A DNA stretch of 64,000 bases from Octopus vulgaris (GCA_951406725.2 OX597820.1:23994001-24058000), one strand, 5' to 3'; shown: positions 11,614 to 23,360, counted from the stretch's first letter. The notes: generated by a model not told the origin, from the letters alone. Numbers and translations: made by a program.

Positions 11614-14387
11614 ATTTTCGAATGGATACTGCGAAGCAGTCGCTGTATTCAGTCAAACCAACAACTTAATAGTAGTTGGGCTCTACAGACCACCCCAAAC
11701 GCCCCTACCATGCTTCAAGGAATGCCTCAACAGCATAAAGTGTTTCATTCAGCAGTGTCAACCTGACAACATTTTAATGATGGGAGATTTCAACCTTCCC
11801 GGGGTTGACTGGTCTACAAACAGTCTGCCGCCAGGTTCTTCTCTCTCAACCCCTGACAGGGAGGCAGTGGAATCGCTTCTTGACTTCATGGATGACTTCT
11901 TCTTGTCCCAACTGGTACTCGAACCAACGAGATGTCACAAAAACGTCTTAGACTTAATTTTCAGCAATCACACTGATACTATCCACAATATTGCAGTGGA
12001 GAAAACCCTACTCTCCGACCATGACATGGTTCTCTGTGATCTGAGATTTCACTGGCCAAAATGCAAAACAAATGTCATCCCTCCTGTTCATCCATTTGAC
12101 ACTATGGATTTCCACAATGCAAACTGGGAAGCGATCAATAATGATCTTGCACAAGTCGATTGGTCCTTCACACACACATACACACCCACTAACATCAAAA
12201 AGTCCTGGCAGTCACTTGTAGACACCATCACGAACATATGTGCAAGACACACCCCATTAAGATCTGCAAACAAATCTAAGTGTCGAATCCCTAGAAATAG
12301 AAAATCTCTCATAAGGAAAATTAAAAGAATCAACAAAAAGATCAACATGCTGAAATACTGTCAACAGCAACACACCAACCTGACTGCCATCTCGTCGCTA
12401 GAGATTAAAAAACATAAACTCCAAAACAACATGATGTCTATCATCAATAGTCAGCGAAGAGCTGAAGAGGCCTGGGCCATTGAGAAGATCAAACTCAATC
12501 CCAAAGTGTTCTTTTCATTTGCAAAAAAACACAGAGTCACTGGTTCTACTGTTGGCCCTCTGATTGATGAAAATGGTATTCTTCAAGACAATGCCAAAAC
12601 CATGGGAGAAATATTGCAGAAACAATATTGCTCTGTTTTCAACAATCCTGATATGACTGATCTGGGCTGTATCAGTGATGTTACTCCCCAATACACTTTA
12701 TCGGACATAACATTTGGCGCTCCTGATGTCTTAGCAGCAATAAAGGAAATGAAGCATAATTCAGCAGTAGGTCCCGATAGGTTCCCTGCTTGTGTCTTGA
12801 AGATGTGTCAAAACCAACTTGCACCCCCTCTAGCCAATCTGTGGCGGAACTCATTGGATGCTGGATATATACCAGAAGACCTTCTATCCCAGTCTGTTGT
12901 CCCAGTTTTCAAAAAAGGAAACAAATCGCTTGCCGTGAATTACCGTCCAATCTCACTCACCTCTCATATCATCAAGGTATTTGAGAGGGTGCTGAGATCG
13001 CGTATGACTCACTTCCTTGAGAGTCATAATATGCTGAACCCCAACCAGCATGGATTCCGTAATGGGAGAGATTGCCTGACGCAGCTACTGCATCATTTTG
13101 ATGACATTTTGAGAGCCTTGGGAGAGGGTTCCAACACTGATGTCATCTACCTTGATTTCAGCAAGGCCTTTGACAGGGTTGATCATAAGATCCTTCTGAG
13201 AAAGCTGTCCAATATTGGTGTCACTGGAAAGCTGCTGCAATGGATCAAGTGCTTCCTCTCTAACAGAACCCAACATGTTGTAGTCGAGGGAGTCAAATCC
13301 AGCCCAGCCAAAGTCAGCAGTGGTGTCCCACAAGGCACTGTGTTGGGCCCACTTCTCTTCATCATCTACATAAATGATATTACTGACACCATCAAACACA
13401 GCAACATCAGAACCTTCGCTGATGATTCCAAGCTCCAGAAGGTCATCAATGGCGTGGATGACCGAATAAACCTTCAGTCAGACCTACTAGCTGTTGTCCA
13501 ATGGGCGGAAAAGAATAACATGTTGCTAAATGAAGACAAATTCGAACTGATCCACTTTGGAAGGGAGGACGCTCTGAAACTCCCATACTCTCTTCCTTCT
13601 GGAGAAATTCTCATGGCATCCAACAACATCAGAGACCTGGGAGTAACAGTGGACAACAACATAAGCTGGGCTACACATATAAGCAGCAAAGTTGACATGG
13701 CCCGCAGAATGTGTTCCTGGATTCTCAGAACCTTCCAGTCGAGAGATTCCCACGCTATTATCCTTCTCTTCTCCACTTTTGCCCGACCCCACCTTGAATA
13801 CTGCTGTCCACTGTGGTCTCCCTACACAAAACAAAATATTATGAGAATTGAAGCTCCCCAAAGGTCAATCACAAAAAAGATAGATGGCATGTCAGACCTT
13901 GACTACTGGGGTAGACTAGAGAAGCTGAAATTGTATTCACTCCAACGACGCCGTGAACGCTACATTATCTGTATGATGTGGAAAATATTCCATCAGCACT
14001 GTCCGAATGATGTTGGCATCACCTTCAAAATGCATCCAAGGCTTGGACCACGTGCCATCCGTCCACAACAAAAATCTAAATCGCATCACATAACGACAAT
14101 ACGGCACAACTATTTCACCTCAATTGGACCCGCTCTCTTCAACATTACACCAGGACACGTCAAAAAAGAAACTGACCACACAAAATTCAAGAAGTCTTTG
14201 GACAAATTCCTTCAAACAGTACCGGACAAACCATCCACACCCGGATATGTCTCCGCAAACAATAACTCTCTGCTCGAATGGGCCTTGGTGCCCAAATCCT
14301 GAACTGAAAGACTTCGCCAGGTGGTGCTATTAAGTTAGACATGGCCTGGGCCAATACTGGCCCAAAACCTTTCTAAGTTATTCTAAG

Positions 14388-14390
<3 letters not shown>
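11614..14390 (+). mobile_element. CR1-group LINE, 5'-truncated, flanked by (TACA)n on both sides
   Basis: Uninterrupted ORF. 3'UTR hairpin TGGGCCA-ATAC-TGGCCCA (14347-14364) and (TTCTAAGTTA)2 tail. (TACA)n at about 11452-11613 and 14389-14422. Confidence 0.95.
11615..14302 (+). CDS. APE endonuclease (N-terminally truncated) + reverse transcriptase ORF2
   Basis: APE motifs GLYRPP, MGDFNLP, LDLIFSN, SDHD. RT motifs NYRPISLTS, QHGFR, YLDFSKAFD, GVPQGTVLGPLLF, FADD. CR1-type C-terminus RPHLEYCCPLWSP, LYSLQRRRERY. The N-terminal HTYI repeats of ORF 11402 are microsatellite read-through. Confidence 0.95.
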   Translation, partial: FSNGYCEAVAVFSQTNNLIVVGLYRPPQTPLPCFKECLNSIKCFIQQCQPDNILMMGDFNLPGVDWSTNSLPPGSSLSTPDREAVESLLDFMDDFFLSQLVLEPTRCHKNVLDLIFSNHTDTIHNIAVEKTLLSDHDMVLCDLRFHWPKCKTNVIPPVHPFDTMDFHNANWEAINNDLAQVDWSFTHTYTPTNIKKSWQSLVDTITNICARHTPLRSANKSKCRIPRNRKSLIRKIKRINKKINMLKYCQQQHTNLTAISSLEIKKHKLQNNMMSIINSQRRAEEAWAIEKIKLNPKVFFSFAKKHRVTGSTVGPLIDENGILQDNAKTMGEILQKQYCSVFNNPDMTDLGCISDVTPQYTLSDITFGAPDVLAAIKEMKHNSAVGPDRFPACVLKMCQNQLAPPLANLWRNSLDAGYIPEDLLSQSVVPVFKKGNKSLAVNYRPISLTSHIIKVFERVLRSRMTHFLESHNMLNPNQHGFRNGRDCLTQLLHHFDDILRALGEGSNTDVIYLDFSKAFDRVDHKILLRKLSNIGVTGKLLQWIKCFLSNRTQHVVVEGVKSSPAKVSSGVPQGTVLGPLLFIIYINDITDTIKHSNIRTFADDSKLQKVINGVDDRINLQSDLLAVVQWAEKNNMLLNEDKFELIHFGREDALKLPYSLPSGEILMASNNIRDLGVTVDNNISWATHISSKVDMARRMCSWILRTFQSRDSHAIILLFSTFARPHLEYCCPLWSPYTKQNIMRIEAPQRSITKKIDGMSDLDYWGRLEKLKLYSLQRRRERYIICMMWKIFHQHCPNDVGITFKMHPRLGPRAIRPQQKSKSHHITTIRHNYFTSIGPALFNITPGHVKKETDHTKFKKSLDKFLQTVPDKPSTPGYVSANNNSLLEWALVPKS

Positions 14391-14418
<28 letters not shown>

Positions 14419-15020
14419 CATACTAAAACCACCACAGTAATCTAGTTTTATCATTTTTATAAATTTTTTCCAGTATTTTAGTCTGGGTTTCTTGTACTTC
14501 GATAAAAAAGATAGTTGTGAATGTGTATGTATATATGTGTGTATATGTGTATATATGTGTACATATATATTTATGTGTGTATATATGTATCTATGTATAT
14601 ATATACGTATATGTATATATAAATATACATATATGTATACACACATACACATATATATATACTACAGTTCTCCCATCATTCGCCAAATTCTTATCGATCG
14701 ATTTATCTATCTAAATGTGTGTGTATATATATATATATATATACATATTTACACATACATTTGTGCCTATATACACATGTATATGAATGCATTTGTATAT
14801 ATGTATAATATATATATGCGATATATAATTTATATTCACACACACATATATACACATCCGTATTTCTCTCTCTCTCTCTCCCCCCCTCTCTCTCTATATA
14901 TATATATACACATTCATAGATACATACATATATATATATATATATCCATATGCATATGCTTATTTGTATGTATGTATGTATGTATGTATGTATGTATGTA
15001 TGTATGTATGTATGTGTGTA

Positions 15021-15054
<34 letters not shown>

Positions 15055-15055
15055 C

Positions 15056-15117
<62 letters not shown>

Positions 15118-15181
15118 GTTATATCTATCCATGTCTCTCTTTCTCTTAATGTATATATCTATCCATGTCTCTCTTTCTCTA

Positions 15182-15222
<41 letters not shown>

Positions 15223-15701
15223 GTATGTATGTATGTATGTGCGTGTGTGTGTGTGCATGTGTGTGTATATGTGTGCATATGCATACACATAAAAGTATGT
15301 GTTGACACCGAACGACGTACTACATTCCCGCATTTCAGGCTCCCATTAAAAATCTGGTTATTGTATCATTATTTTCAAATCTATCTTTGTCAGCAAAATT
15401 CATCAAATCTATCTCACTTTCCTCTCCTTCTCCTCCACCTCCTGCTCAGTTTTTTCCTCCTTCCTCAGCCATCAGGACGCTGATCTTTCTAAACATTGAC
15501 TGCACAAGTAATAGTTATCTTGCTCTTTGTCACCAATACCACGTTCGACAACTCTGCATCATGTAAATTATGTTTTATAAAATACACTCATGTATACATA
15601 CTCGCTTCCTTACAAACACTAACACACGAAGAAACACACACACACACACAATATTTCAGGAATCTTACAAAAAAGAAATATTTGTGAAATTACTTGTATG
15701 T

Positions 15702-16410
15702 AGCGGTGGTATTAAAAAGTTCCCGGACTACTTCTGTTGCGTGCCAACAGATGACAGCACACGGCTGCATGTACCGTGAGAGCTAGCAGTGACTTTTATG
15801 AAGCAGAGTGTCGAGTGATAGAACTGTATTTACTTCGCAAAAAGGCGGCGAGCTGGCAGAAACGTTAGCACGCCGGGCGAAATGCGTAGCCATATTTCGC
15901 CTGCCGTTACGTTCTGAGTTCGAATTCTACCGAGGCCGACTTTGCCTTTCATCCTTTCGGGGTCGATAAATTAAGTACCAGTTACTGGGGTTGATATAAT
16001 CGATTTAATCCGTTTGTCTGTCTTTGTTTGTCCCCTCTGTGTTTAGCCCCTTGTAGGTAGTAAAGAAATATGTATTTACTTCGCAAGTCGTGAAATTTGT
16101 GTTTTCGTGATCACGTGTATGCTGTTGTCTGCGACTTTTGTCATGGACAGGAAGTTGGAACAAAGAGCAAACGTGAAATTTTGCGTTAAACTTGGGAAGA
16201 CTGCTACAGGGACATTGATTATGCTTCGGCAAGCTTACGGTGACGTGGCAATGGGTCGTACAGTATGTTTCGAGTGGCACTGACACTTCAAAACGGATGA
16301 ACATCCTTGCAAGACGGTGAGCGATCTGGAAGGCCTGCCACGAATGTCACCACCGGATGTGGAGAGAATTCGTCAGTTTGTGTATGAGGATCGTCGGAGG
16401 ACAATCAACA
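15702..16410 (+). mobile_element. Mariner transposon 5' fragment (HTH domain), interrupted by a SINE
   Basis: From ATG 16143: MDRKLEQRANVKFCVKLGKTATGTLIMLRQAYGD..FEWH*..ERSGRP..VYEDRRRTI. Confidence 0.85.
15841..16070 (+). mobile_element. SINE family A, full length with 16-bp TSD
   Basis: TGTATTTACTTCGCAA at 15825-15840 and 16071-16086. tRNA-like head; central GACTTTGCCTTTCATCCTTTCGGGGTCGATAAA domain. Confidence 0.95.
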
Positions 16411-16424
16411 AGAGAGAATTACAG

Positions 16425-16465
<41 letters not shown>

Positions 16466-16502
16466 AAGAGATAGATAGATAGATAGATAGACAGATAGAT
16501 AT

Positions 16503-16660
16503 GTTTCTTTATTAGCCACACAGGGCTGCACACAGACGGGACAAATTACAAGGTAGAGCTTTTCTTTTTGGGGAGAAAAAAGAGGGGGGGGGTAGGTTTT
16601 CGATCAAAAGGGATCGTAAAAAGGAAAGAGAAAGAGGAAAGAAAGGAAAAGAAAAAATAT
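16503..16660 (-). mobile_element. LINE-type 3' end fragment (Tx1-like tail) inside (GATA)n
   Basis: Tail TTTGTCCCGTCTGTGTGCAGCCCTGTGTGGCTAATAAAGAAAC resembles 9101-9170 and the SINE A tail; GATA repeats on both sides. Confidence 0.6.
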
Positions 16661-16704
16661 AGATAAATAGATAGATAGATAGATAGATAGACAGATAGAT
16701 AGAC

Positions 16705-16956
16705 TGTTATGTCGCACCTTCGGATACCCCTACTACTCAACTCTACTCTTCAACGACTGCTCCTCCTCGTCGCCACTGTTATATCGCAATACTATACAGT
16801 GGCTGTGTGAGCTGTGAAATCCTCGTCACCACTGTTATGTCGCACGTTCGGATGCCTCTGCTACTCAACTCTGCTCTTCAACTCTCGACGACTAGACTTC
16901 TCCCTCTATATCTACGTATTGGACTAGCCTACTTCATCGTCTGGGGGCGTCCACAC

Positions 16957-16960
<4 letters not shown>
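16705..16960 (-). mobile_element. Mini LTR element (128-bp LTR + tRNA-Ser PBS) with repeated LTR-end junctions
   Basis: LTR 16960->16833 reads TGTTGTG...CATAACA, then G-TGGTGACGAGGAT. Second junction ATAACA-G-TGGCGACGAGGA near 16777. Third LTR end at 16705. Confidence 0.7.
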
Positions 16961-17034
<74 letters not shown>

Positions 17035-17948
17035 AAAAGCGGTGAATCGACCAAGTACAGGCCTGATACTTTAAGACCTCAAAGAGATGAAACAGTAACT
17101 TGACTTCGACGGTATTTGAACCCAGGGCGTAGAGACCCCAAACGAATATAGCTGGACGATTTACCCCATGCTCTAATGTCTCGGCTAATTGGCCGCCGGA
17201 AGCCTAATCCACTTCAAACCACACCACGCCATCTCAAAAAGGAAGGCAGCGTTAGCTAAATTAATCCTTAATACACTTTCAGAAAATAAGATGGAATCTT
17301 CACGGATAAATTTCCTTAGATCATAAAGCTGTCTGATTAGAGCAGACTCGGTGTTAAACAATAGCAAAAGTAAAGACACAGATTTAAGTCTGGCATGATC
17401 CTTGGAACTTAAAAGCTCGAGGATTAACCTAGTTTCCGCGTCGTGTGACTGAGATTACAGCTCTGCACAGGTCCGTCGCAGGATTAACTTCTAAACTTCT
17501 GCCAACACTCATTTACGGCTGAAATGAAACGTCTTGTTTGTGAACACAAGGCACTGCCCCGTCTGGGAATTGAAACTGCGACCATACATCTCCGGGATTG
17601 TAACCCTTTAAGTACTAGGCTATACGCCTTCACGAAGTAACGATAAAAAAAAATACGTTTGTATGTTTTTGATTTTGTTTTATAAGTGGATTTGTCCATA
17701 TGGCTGTGTAGGGGTGTGTGTGTGTGTGTATGTATGTGTGTGTGTGTATGTATGTGTGTGTGTGAGAGAGAGAGATGGAAAGAGAGAGAGTGAGTATACA
17801 TGCTGAGTATGTATATGTGCACATTCGTATTCTTTTGCACGTGCTTGTGAGTGTGTGTGTATTGTATACACACACACGCACATACGCACACACACACATA
17901 TATATATTTGTATACACACATTATATATATATATATACACTTATATAT

Positions 17949-17989
<41 letters not shown>

Positions 17990-18219
17990 ATTAATGTACA
18001 CTGAATCTTATATATATATATATGCCTACATATGCACACATACATACATACATACAAAGAAGTGAGCGAATGGACATAGATAACCACTTTATTGAGACTG
18101 GTAGTAAAACAAAGCTCGTCAGAACTGTCAATATTTCCTTTTGTTCAAGAAGAATAGGAGAGAAAAGAGGAAAAAAAAACCCAACAGGATCTGTTTAAAT
18201 TAGTCGATCGGAAACCGTC

Positions 18220-18256
<37 letters not shown>

Positions 18257-18393
18257 ACGCACACCCACACACACATGCATGCACGCACGCGCCCAAACTT
18301 ACATGTGTTGACATTAGCTGTCGTTGCACAGCCACGTAAATATATGCATTTATCTGCGTCTTTGGTGTAAACGGATGTTATCTATTTGTGTAA

Positions 18394-18515
<122 letters not shown>

Positions 18516-18557
18516 TGTATTTGTTTATGTATGTGCGTACATATATATATATGTATA

Positions 18558-18634
<77 letters not shown>

Positions 18635-18686
18635 ATAATATATAAATGTATGTGTAGAAGATTTTTATGTATACAAATATATATGA

Positions 18687-18720
<34 letters not shown>

Positions 18721-19799
18721 ACCGTGTGTCATTTGTTTTTGTTGCACCTGTGTGTGTACAATAAGTGCATTTAAATAGGCGCTTCACGCCACTCAATGGG
18801 ACTGTTTCCAATTAGGCAGCCGACAGCAGATAAACCTTGATACAACGTTAAAAAAAAAGCCGATAAAAGCACAGTGTCTTAGTGCATACAAAAGAGTTCC
18901 GTGTTTGCATGTACTCATATTACAACAGGTTGCTCAAACAGAGTAATAGTCAGCGCACATTTGTTTATTTGGACACTAGATGAGCTGTCTTGTGTATTTT
19001 GCATGTATATATGCGAGTGTGGATATGTGTATGTATGTATGTATGTATGTATGTATGTATGTATGTATGTATGTATGTATGTATGTATGTATGTATGTAT
19101 GAATGAATGTATGTATTTACGTACTATGTATGTATGTAAGCATGTATGTATGTATGTTTGTATGTATATATGTATGTGTGTATGAATACATGTAAGTACG
19201 TACTTACATGTATCTACGGACATGCCTGTGATCCTGTGCGTACAGGATCTACATAAAAGGATGAAACGTGTGTGTATGCATGTATATATGTGTGTTTGTG
19301 TTTGTAAGTGTGTGCGTGTGTGTGTTTTTGTTAGCGATCTGTTAATGAGGATTGAATTAAATTGTCAACTGATGCCTAATAAACAAAACACACGATGCAT
19401 TTAGTGCTGTCTTTATTCGTTTGTACAGAAAAAGGCGCGCGCGATTGTGTCTCTGCTTATCTCAGTGGCATATGGTGGTTGTTGTATTGGGTGTGTGGCC
19501 ACACCCAATGCCACCAAACTTCGAGCAGAAATATAACAAAAGTTTTCTATTAAGATTTGTGATTAAATTAATGAGCGTGAGCAGCGCGTATCTAACCCAC
19601 CCAGAATATAAGCCTCTGCCGAAGTCACACTCAAAACTATTCTTGTTAAAGAATAATAAATTTGTACTCTACCAAATGTATTGACTAGTCCTTCAGTTTA
19701 ATGTAAAATTGTTATCATTTCAACATAAAAACAAACGTGTATATATATATATACACACGCACACACATATACATACATCTATATGTTTATATACGTATG

Positions 19800-20101
19800 T
19801 TGTTTGTTCCTTCTCGAGCCATGTCTGGCTCATAAGGGCCGGTTTCCCGGTTTCCTTGGCGCATAAGTTCCCCACCTGGATTTGACGCCGGTCCATTGCA
19901 GGTGAGCTGCAAGATGCAGGAGGAAAGAGTGAGAGAAAGTTGTGGCGAAAGAGTCAGCAGAAGTTCGCCATTACCTTCTGCCGGAGCCGCGTGGAGCTTA
20001 GGTGTTTCGCTCATAAACACACACATCGTCCGGTCTGAGATTCGAACCCGCGGTCCCTCGACCGCGAGTCTGCTGCTCTAACCATTAGGCCATGTGCCTC
20101 C
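19800..20101 (-). mobile_element. SINE family C (tRNA-derived), tail type 2
   Basis: Head GGAGGCACATGGCCTAATGGTTAGAGCAGCAGACTCGCGG..GGTTCGAATC shared with 38999; tail CTGCAATGGACCGGCGTC..GAAACCGG. Confidence 0.85.
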
Positions 20102-20257
20102 ACATATGTATGTATAAACATAAAATATATAGGTACATCCCCACCCACACATGTTAGGTCACTCATAGTGCTTCCAGTAGCATGTAATTACAACCTGCGA
20201 CATGGTCGGGTCGCCGGCTACTAAACGGCCAACTCTACCAAGCTTACTTGGTAAGAA

Positions 20258-20487
20258 GGCGGCAGCTGGCAGAAACGTTAGCACGCCGGGCGAAATGCGT
20301 AGCCGTATTTCGTCAGCCGTTGCTTTCTGAGTTCAAATTCCGCCGAGGTCGACTTTGCCTTTCATCCTTTAGGGGTCGATAAATTAAGTACCAGTTACGC
20401 ACTGGGGTCGATGTTATCGATTTAATCCGTTTGTCTGTCCTTGTTTGTCCCCTCTGTGTTTAGCCCCTAGTGGGTAGTAAAGAAATA
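20258..20487 (+). mobile_element. SINE family A, full length with TSD
   Basis: GGTAAGAAGG at 20250-20259 (overlapping the SINE start) and 20488-20497; inserted into an older repeat. Confidence 0.9.
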
Positions 20488-21007
20488 GGTAAGAAGGGTA
20501 ATTTTTGTTCGGCACCCTGCAGGAAGAAAAACAAAATGTCAAAAGGAGGATTAACTCAGTAGATTTAAAGGCCATTCAGCAACTGGGAGTGAGAAATTCC
20601 TTGTGTTTGTTTAGACATTCCCCTTAGAAAAGGGTAACTCAGTTCTAACATTTACTACTTGCATCTAATAACGTCGACATTTAATCTTTTTTTGGGCAAA
20701 TATGCATGTTGTTTGAGAAAGAATTTTCTCAACTGACTCTGATGTTCTAATGTCTCTCTCCCTCCTACACCTATCATTGTCTCTCACTTTCCCCTACCGC
20801 TCTTGAACCTCTTGTGCTAGCGACAAACAGATGCTCGGCTCAAACAAGTTAGCACAAACACACAAATACACAAACGCAAACACACAGACGTTCAAAATCA
20901 CATGAACACACACATCGAAGCATATACATAAGTGTATTAGCATACATGAGCGCACAAGTTAATAAATAAATACGAAGACATACTCAAACGTATAACAATA
21001 TACGTAT

Positions 21008-21272
21008 ATACAGTTCTATATTTGAGAGATGAGGAATTGTGTACATTATTTACATTTGACGGATATTTGTCCTCATTTTGTTTGTTGTAAACACAACGTT
21101 TCGGCTGATGTACTCTCCAGCCTTCATCAGGTGTCCTGAGGGAATTTCGAACCTGGGTTCTCATTTTTAAGGTATTTTCCGATGTTATTATCATTATTAT
21201 TCAGGTCACTGCCAGGAATCGAACTCGGAATCTTGGGGCTAGTAGCACGCGCTCTTAACCACTACGCCATAT
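21008..21272 (-). mobile_element. tRNA-headed element carrying a hammerhead ribozyme
   Basis: A-box TGGCGTAGTGG and B-box GAGTTCGATTC (21203-21271), followed by an HHR at 21091-21134. Confidence 0.75.
21091..21134 (-). ncRNA. Minimal type I hammerhead ribozyme
   Basis: ACAC-CUGAUGA-A-GGCUG-(10 nt)-CAGCC-GAA-ACGU-U-GUGU; all core nucleotides present, palindromic helix III. Confidence 0.8.
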
Positions 21273-21282
21273 AATAATAATG

Positions 21283-21346
<64 letters not shown>

Positions 21347-21575
21347 TAATAGGAAGCTTATATATACAGCGTCTAGAAGGTGTGTGTGTGTTTGTGTGTC
21401 TGTGTTTATTCCCCCACCATCGCTTGATAACCGATGCTGGTGTGTTTGCGTCTATGTAACTTAGCGGTTTGGCAAAAAAAAACCCCGGTAGAATAAGTAC
21501 TAGGCTTACAAAGAAGTCCTGGGGTCGAATGACTGAAACAAATAAAAGAATAAAAGAATCAGCTTATTAGATGTA

Positions 21576-21796
21576 CAGTAATGCCTCACCATATCGCAGT
21601 TCACCTATCGCGGTTTATTATTTAAGCTTACGTCGATTCCTCCGTGCTGTTGTTTTGCATTTATAATAAAATAAATATATACAAATTATAAAAATAATAA
21701 CAATAAAAAAATACAGTACAGTTTCTACTTCGCAGATTTTCACCTATTGCGGAGGGTTTTTAGAACGCAACACACGCAATAGTCGAAGGATAAATG
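21576..21796. mobile_element. Tigger/pogo-like MITE
   Basis: TA|CAGTAATGCCTC...GAAGGATAAATG|TA; second copy at 51691-51912. Confidence 0.8.
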
Positions 21797-21979
21797 TATA
21801 GTAATGATATATTAAAATCTATGACAATTTTCTCTGATAGTGATAACTATCTCTCCTAAAAAAAGTCTAAAAACTTCTGGAATGAAGCTCGTACTTTTGT
21901 ATATATATATATATAACCGAATTCTGCGGTTGGCTATCGAGTTTGTGATGTTATGTTTTTTCGTATATTTCTTGAGTTT

Positions 21980-22043
21980 GTTGCACTGACGAACATGAAA
22001 TGCATATTCTGCATTAAATGCGAAATCACATGTGATATGTAAC
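21980..22043 (+). ncRNA. Type I hammerhead ribozyme (10.1:11.1 mismatch)
   Basis: GUUGCA-CUGACGA-[ACAU..AUGCA-UAUUC-UGCAU..AUGC]-GAA-AUCACAUGUGAU-A-UGUAAC. Confidence 0.7.
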
Positions 22044-22277
22044 TGAATTCTTTTTTAAAATGATGTGTTTTGAAGTTTTGCATTCGGTAAAATTTTGTTT
22101 ATTTTTAGTAGTTTTGACCGCATTGGTCCCTCTTAGCGTGTTGGTATCTACGAATAGTAGTACCCTCAATATAATATAAATGAATATTTTCAAGGAGGAA
22201 GAATTTACGGATTTTTTATCTTACGAGGTTTTTCACGCTGACTACTGATAATTTCTTTTAAAGATTTTATCCTCAAT

Positions 22278-22490
22278 ACTCTTTTACTCTTTTACTTATT
22301 TCAGTCATTTGACTGCAGCCATGCTGGAGCACCGCCTTTAGTCGAGCAGATCGACCCCAGGACTTATTCCTTCTAAGCCTAGTACTTATTCTATCGGTCT
22401 CTTTTGCTGAACCGCTAAGTTACGTGGACGTAAACACCAGCATCGGTTGTCAAGCGATGTTGGGGGGACAAACACAGACACACACACACA

Positions 22491-22540
<50 letters not shown>

Positions 22541-22699
22541 TGCTTCTTTCAGTTTACGTCTACCAAGTCCACTCACAAGGCTTTGGTCGACTCGAGGCTA
22601 TAGTAGAATACACTTGCCCGAGGTACCACGCAGTGGGACTGAACCCGGAACCATTTGATTGGTAAGCAAGCTATTTACCACACAGCCACTCCTGCGCCT
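22278..22699 (-). mobile_element. SINE family B, full length
   Basis: Reverse complement of the 7003-7395 type, with internal (CA)n. Confidence 0.9.
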
Positions 22700-22708
22700 A
22701 TATATATA

Positions 22709-23189
22709 TATAACATAAGGGGGATCAGCCATCTGAATGTGGCTAGGGTCAGGGCGGGGTGGTGGGGGTGTTACTGATGCATTTAGCCCCAGGCGAACAT
22801 CAACGTCACCAGAAGAGCTGACACCATCTCGGTGTCCTTGCCAGCCTGCAAAGGGAGATCAGCCTCCCCGAAGATACACATACTACATACGGACTGGTTT
22901 CGAGGTTATTGCTTCTTGTCAACGTATGGTAAGCACCGCTCTTCGTTGAGGGACTTCCTCTACAGGCTGGATATATAGATTTTCACAGTAACCACAGTCA
23001 CTGGCGTAGAAAATCCGTTCGAAAACAATAATAAATCTCCGAGCGAGATATAAACAGTAACTGCTCTATAACATAAAGGGGATCAGCCATCTGAATGTGG
23101 CTAGGGTCAGGGCGGGGTGGTGGGGGTGTTACTGATGCATTTAGCCCCAGGCGAACATCAACGTCACCAGAAGAGCTGACACCATCTCG
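22709..23189 (-). mobile_element. Retrozyme/pLTR-like unit: 123-bp direct repeats, 358-bp period, internal HHR
   Basis: 22709-22831 and 23067-23189 differ at one position; HHR motif at 22886-22928. Confidence 0.7.
22886..22928 (-). ncRNA. Minimal hammerhead ribozyme, U3:A8 variant
   Basis: CAUACG-UUGACAA-GAAG-CAAUAA-CCUC-GAA-ACCAGU-C-CGUAUG. Confidence 0.65.
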
Positions 23190-23203
23190 TTAAGTTAAGT
23201 GTA

Positions 23204-23337
<134 letters not shown>

Positions 23338-23360
23338 TATTACACTTAACTTTTTAAAAT

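Noticed and set aside
16705-16960. CRISPR-like repeat-spacer array
   Set aside because: Only three unequal repeats, explained by LTR end plus PBS; eukaryotic context with no cas genes.
21203-21271. Functional tRNA gene (also heads at 38999, 20030-20101, 7003)
   Set aside because: Acceptor stems are incomplete and the heads continue into repeat bodies; these are SINE heads.
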